Virus record (IMG/VR): IMGVR_UViG_3300035001_000006
Span: 8,823 to 72,822 of that record
Origin: a virus
Reading direction: 5' to 3' (one strand)
DNA length: 64,000 nt
Positions 62,556 to 64,000 of this stretch are shown in pieces. A model generated the notes under the pieces. The model was not told the origin of the DNA. It ran no database searches and saw only the letters and a list, made by a program, of their open reading frames with translations. Every line of letters starts with the position of its first letter. Positions within the stretch are counted from its first letter, which is position 1. Made by a program: the position numbers and the translations under genes.

Positions 62556-64000
62556 CAAGATCATCCTGACCAACTTCCAGCGCCACCGCCACCTCGAGGT
62601 GGTGTTCAACGCGGGCATCAGCGCCCTGCGCGGCTCGAACGAGGCCGGCAAGTCGACTCTGATCCGCGCGATCTGCTACGCGCTTTTCGGCGCGAAAGCG
62701 CTCCCGATGTCGCTTTCCGAAGCCGTGACCTGGGGCGAGCCCGAGGCGTCGCTGAAGGTCCTGCTCGAGTTCGTCGTCGACTCGGTCGTCTACACGATCA
62801 AGCGCGGCAAGTCCGGCGCCGAGATCACCTACGACGGCGGCATCGTCACCGGCCAAAACGAGTGCACGGCCTTCGTGGCCAAGCTGCTGAAGGCGGACGC
62901 CGTCAGCGCCTCGCGCCTGATGCTGGCCAACCAGAACGAGATCCGAGGTGCGCTCGAGAAGGGTGCGGCCGAGACCACCAAGCTGATCGAGCAGCTCGCC
63001 GAGTTCGACCAGATCGACAACCTGATCGAGACGATGGAAGGCACGCTCACCCTGGGCAGCCCGAAGGTGGCGGAAGCCGCCATCGCCAACGCCGAGATCC
63101 AGCTCGACCAGGCGCGCGCCGAGGCCACCCCCGTCGACGTCGAGGCCTACGGCCGGGAGATCGCCGCCCGGCAGGCTGAGCTTGCCGCGGCCGAGGACGC
63201 CCTTGCGCAGCTTGACGCGCAGATCGCCGAGCTGCACACCGAAGCGAACAAGCTCACCGACCAGGCCAAGGAGCGCGCAGCTGCTGACGGCGCCGTCGGG
63301 ACGGCCGCCGCGCGCCTTCAGCGCGCACGGCTGAAGCTCGAGGAAGCCCGCGGCGTCGCCGAACCGGCCGCCGTAGACCTAGCCGCACTGCGCGCCCGGG
63401 TGCTCCAGCTGAGCCAGCTCGAGGTCGTGCGCGGTGCGCGCGCGGCCGCCGAGCCGTTCCTGGGTGAACCACAGCTCGCGAAGGACGACCGCTACGAGGG
63501 CGTCTACGAGGCATTGGTGGCTGACATCACCGCAACCCGCAGGGACGTGCAGGCCAAGTCCTCCACGATTTCCGGCCTGGAGCGAACCGCAGCCCTTGCT
63601 GAGTCGAAGATCTCCACCGGAAGCTGCGCGACTTGCGGCCAGGACATCAGCCACCTGCCCGAGGTGGCAGCGCGCAACGCCGAGCTGAAGGCGGAAGCAG
63701 ATGCCGCCCGCCTCAAGCTCGAGACTGCCACGAAAGAGCACACCGAACTGCTCGAGTACCTGCGTGCGCTCGAGGCGGTCCAGAAGGAGTCGGCCCCGCG
63801 TCTGCAAGCGGTCGACCGTCTGGGCAAGTATCTGAAGGTGTCGGACGCACTCCTCCCCCCGACGCTCGAGTGGATCGGTGGCGAGATCCCCGACAACGCC
63901 GCGGCCGAGATCGCAACCATCGAGCAGCAGATCGTCGCGCACGAGAAGGCCGTGCGGGCGTTCGACATCGCTTCTGGCCAGGCCGATGCAGCCGCCAAGG
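62548..64000 (+). CDS. SMC-family ATPase (SbcC/Rad50/gp46-like), runs off the right edge
   Basis: Read manually: MLNKIILTNFQRH...GSNEAGKST (Walker A), coiled coil, Zn-hook CATCG at about 63625. Confidence 0.9.
   Translation, partial: MLNKIILTNFQRHRHLEVVFNAGISALRGSNEAGKSTLIRAICYALFGAKALPMSLSEAVTWGEPEASLKVLLEFVVDSVVYTIKRGKSGAEITYDGGIVTGQNECTAFVAKLLKADAVSASRLMLANQNEIRGALEKGAAETTKLIEQLAEFDQIDNLIETMEGTLTLGSPKVAEAAIANAEIQLDQARAEATPVDVEAYGREIAARQAELAAAEDALAQLDAQIAELHTEANKLTDQAKERAAADGAVGTAAARLQRARLKLEEARGVAEPAAVDLAALRARVLQLSQLEVVRGARAAAEPFLGEPQLAKDDRYEGVYEALVADITATRRDVQAKSSTISGLERTAALAESKISTGSCATCGQDISHLPEVAARNAELKAEADAARLKLETATKEHTELLEYLRALEAVQKESAPRLQAVDRLGKYLKVSDALLPPTLEWIGGEIPDNAAAEIATIEQQIVAHEKAVRAFDIASGQADAAAK

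Noticed and set aside
25467-63898. Recurrent motif as a CRISPR array or integron attC cassette array
   Set aside because: Copies are only 11-14 bp, irregularly spaced, and often inside genes; no cas genes or integron integrase; no RYYYAAC/GTTRRRY pairs.

Overview
The whole window is part of a high-GC, long-tailed (siphovirus-type) phage or prophage; no host genes are recognisable. Left arm (1-23.1 kb, minus strand): virion operon with terminase, portal, S49 protease and nested scaffold, capsid, neck, tail tube, tail chaperones with a GGGAAAC -1 slippery site, tape measure (split by a one-base frame break at about 6913), and tail-tip proteins. Three cargo loci are inserted on the opposite strand. 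Centre (24.5-25.8 kb): an S24-peptidase repressor with two predicted HTH units, divergent from a sigma70-type early promoter. 25.8-44.6 kb: many small early genes, a block of five minus-strand morons (two with PD-(D/E)XK-like motifs) and an SGNH lipoprotein. 44.6-64 kb: replication and nucleotide-metabolism module (ATP ligase, SNF2 helicase, primase-helicase, DEDDh exonuclease, MazG-like, dNMP kinase, TraR/DksA, PolA with fused 5'-3' exonuclease, RecU-like, SbcD-like, ThyX, SbcC-like). The most unusual signals are non-coding. (1) A conserved candidate late-promoter signature, G(G/T)GGGATT-N21/22-YAGTHT, sits in front of six virion-arm starts. (2) An asymmetric motif, CCCCG(A/T)CAA(C/G)G, recurs about 18 times and was found only right of 25.4 kb. 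Its reverse complement lies in highly structured intergenic segments, one of which has three hairpins with an identical GC-GCA-GC apex. Together these suggest an undescribed cis-regulatory (operator or RNA-pairing/antitermination) system. All calls are by eye; family names come from motif recognition, not database searches, and motif counts are manual.
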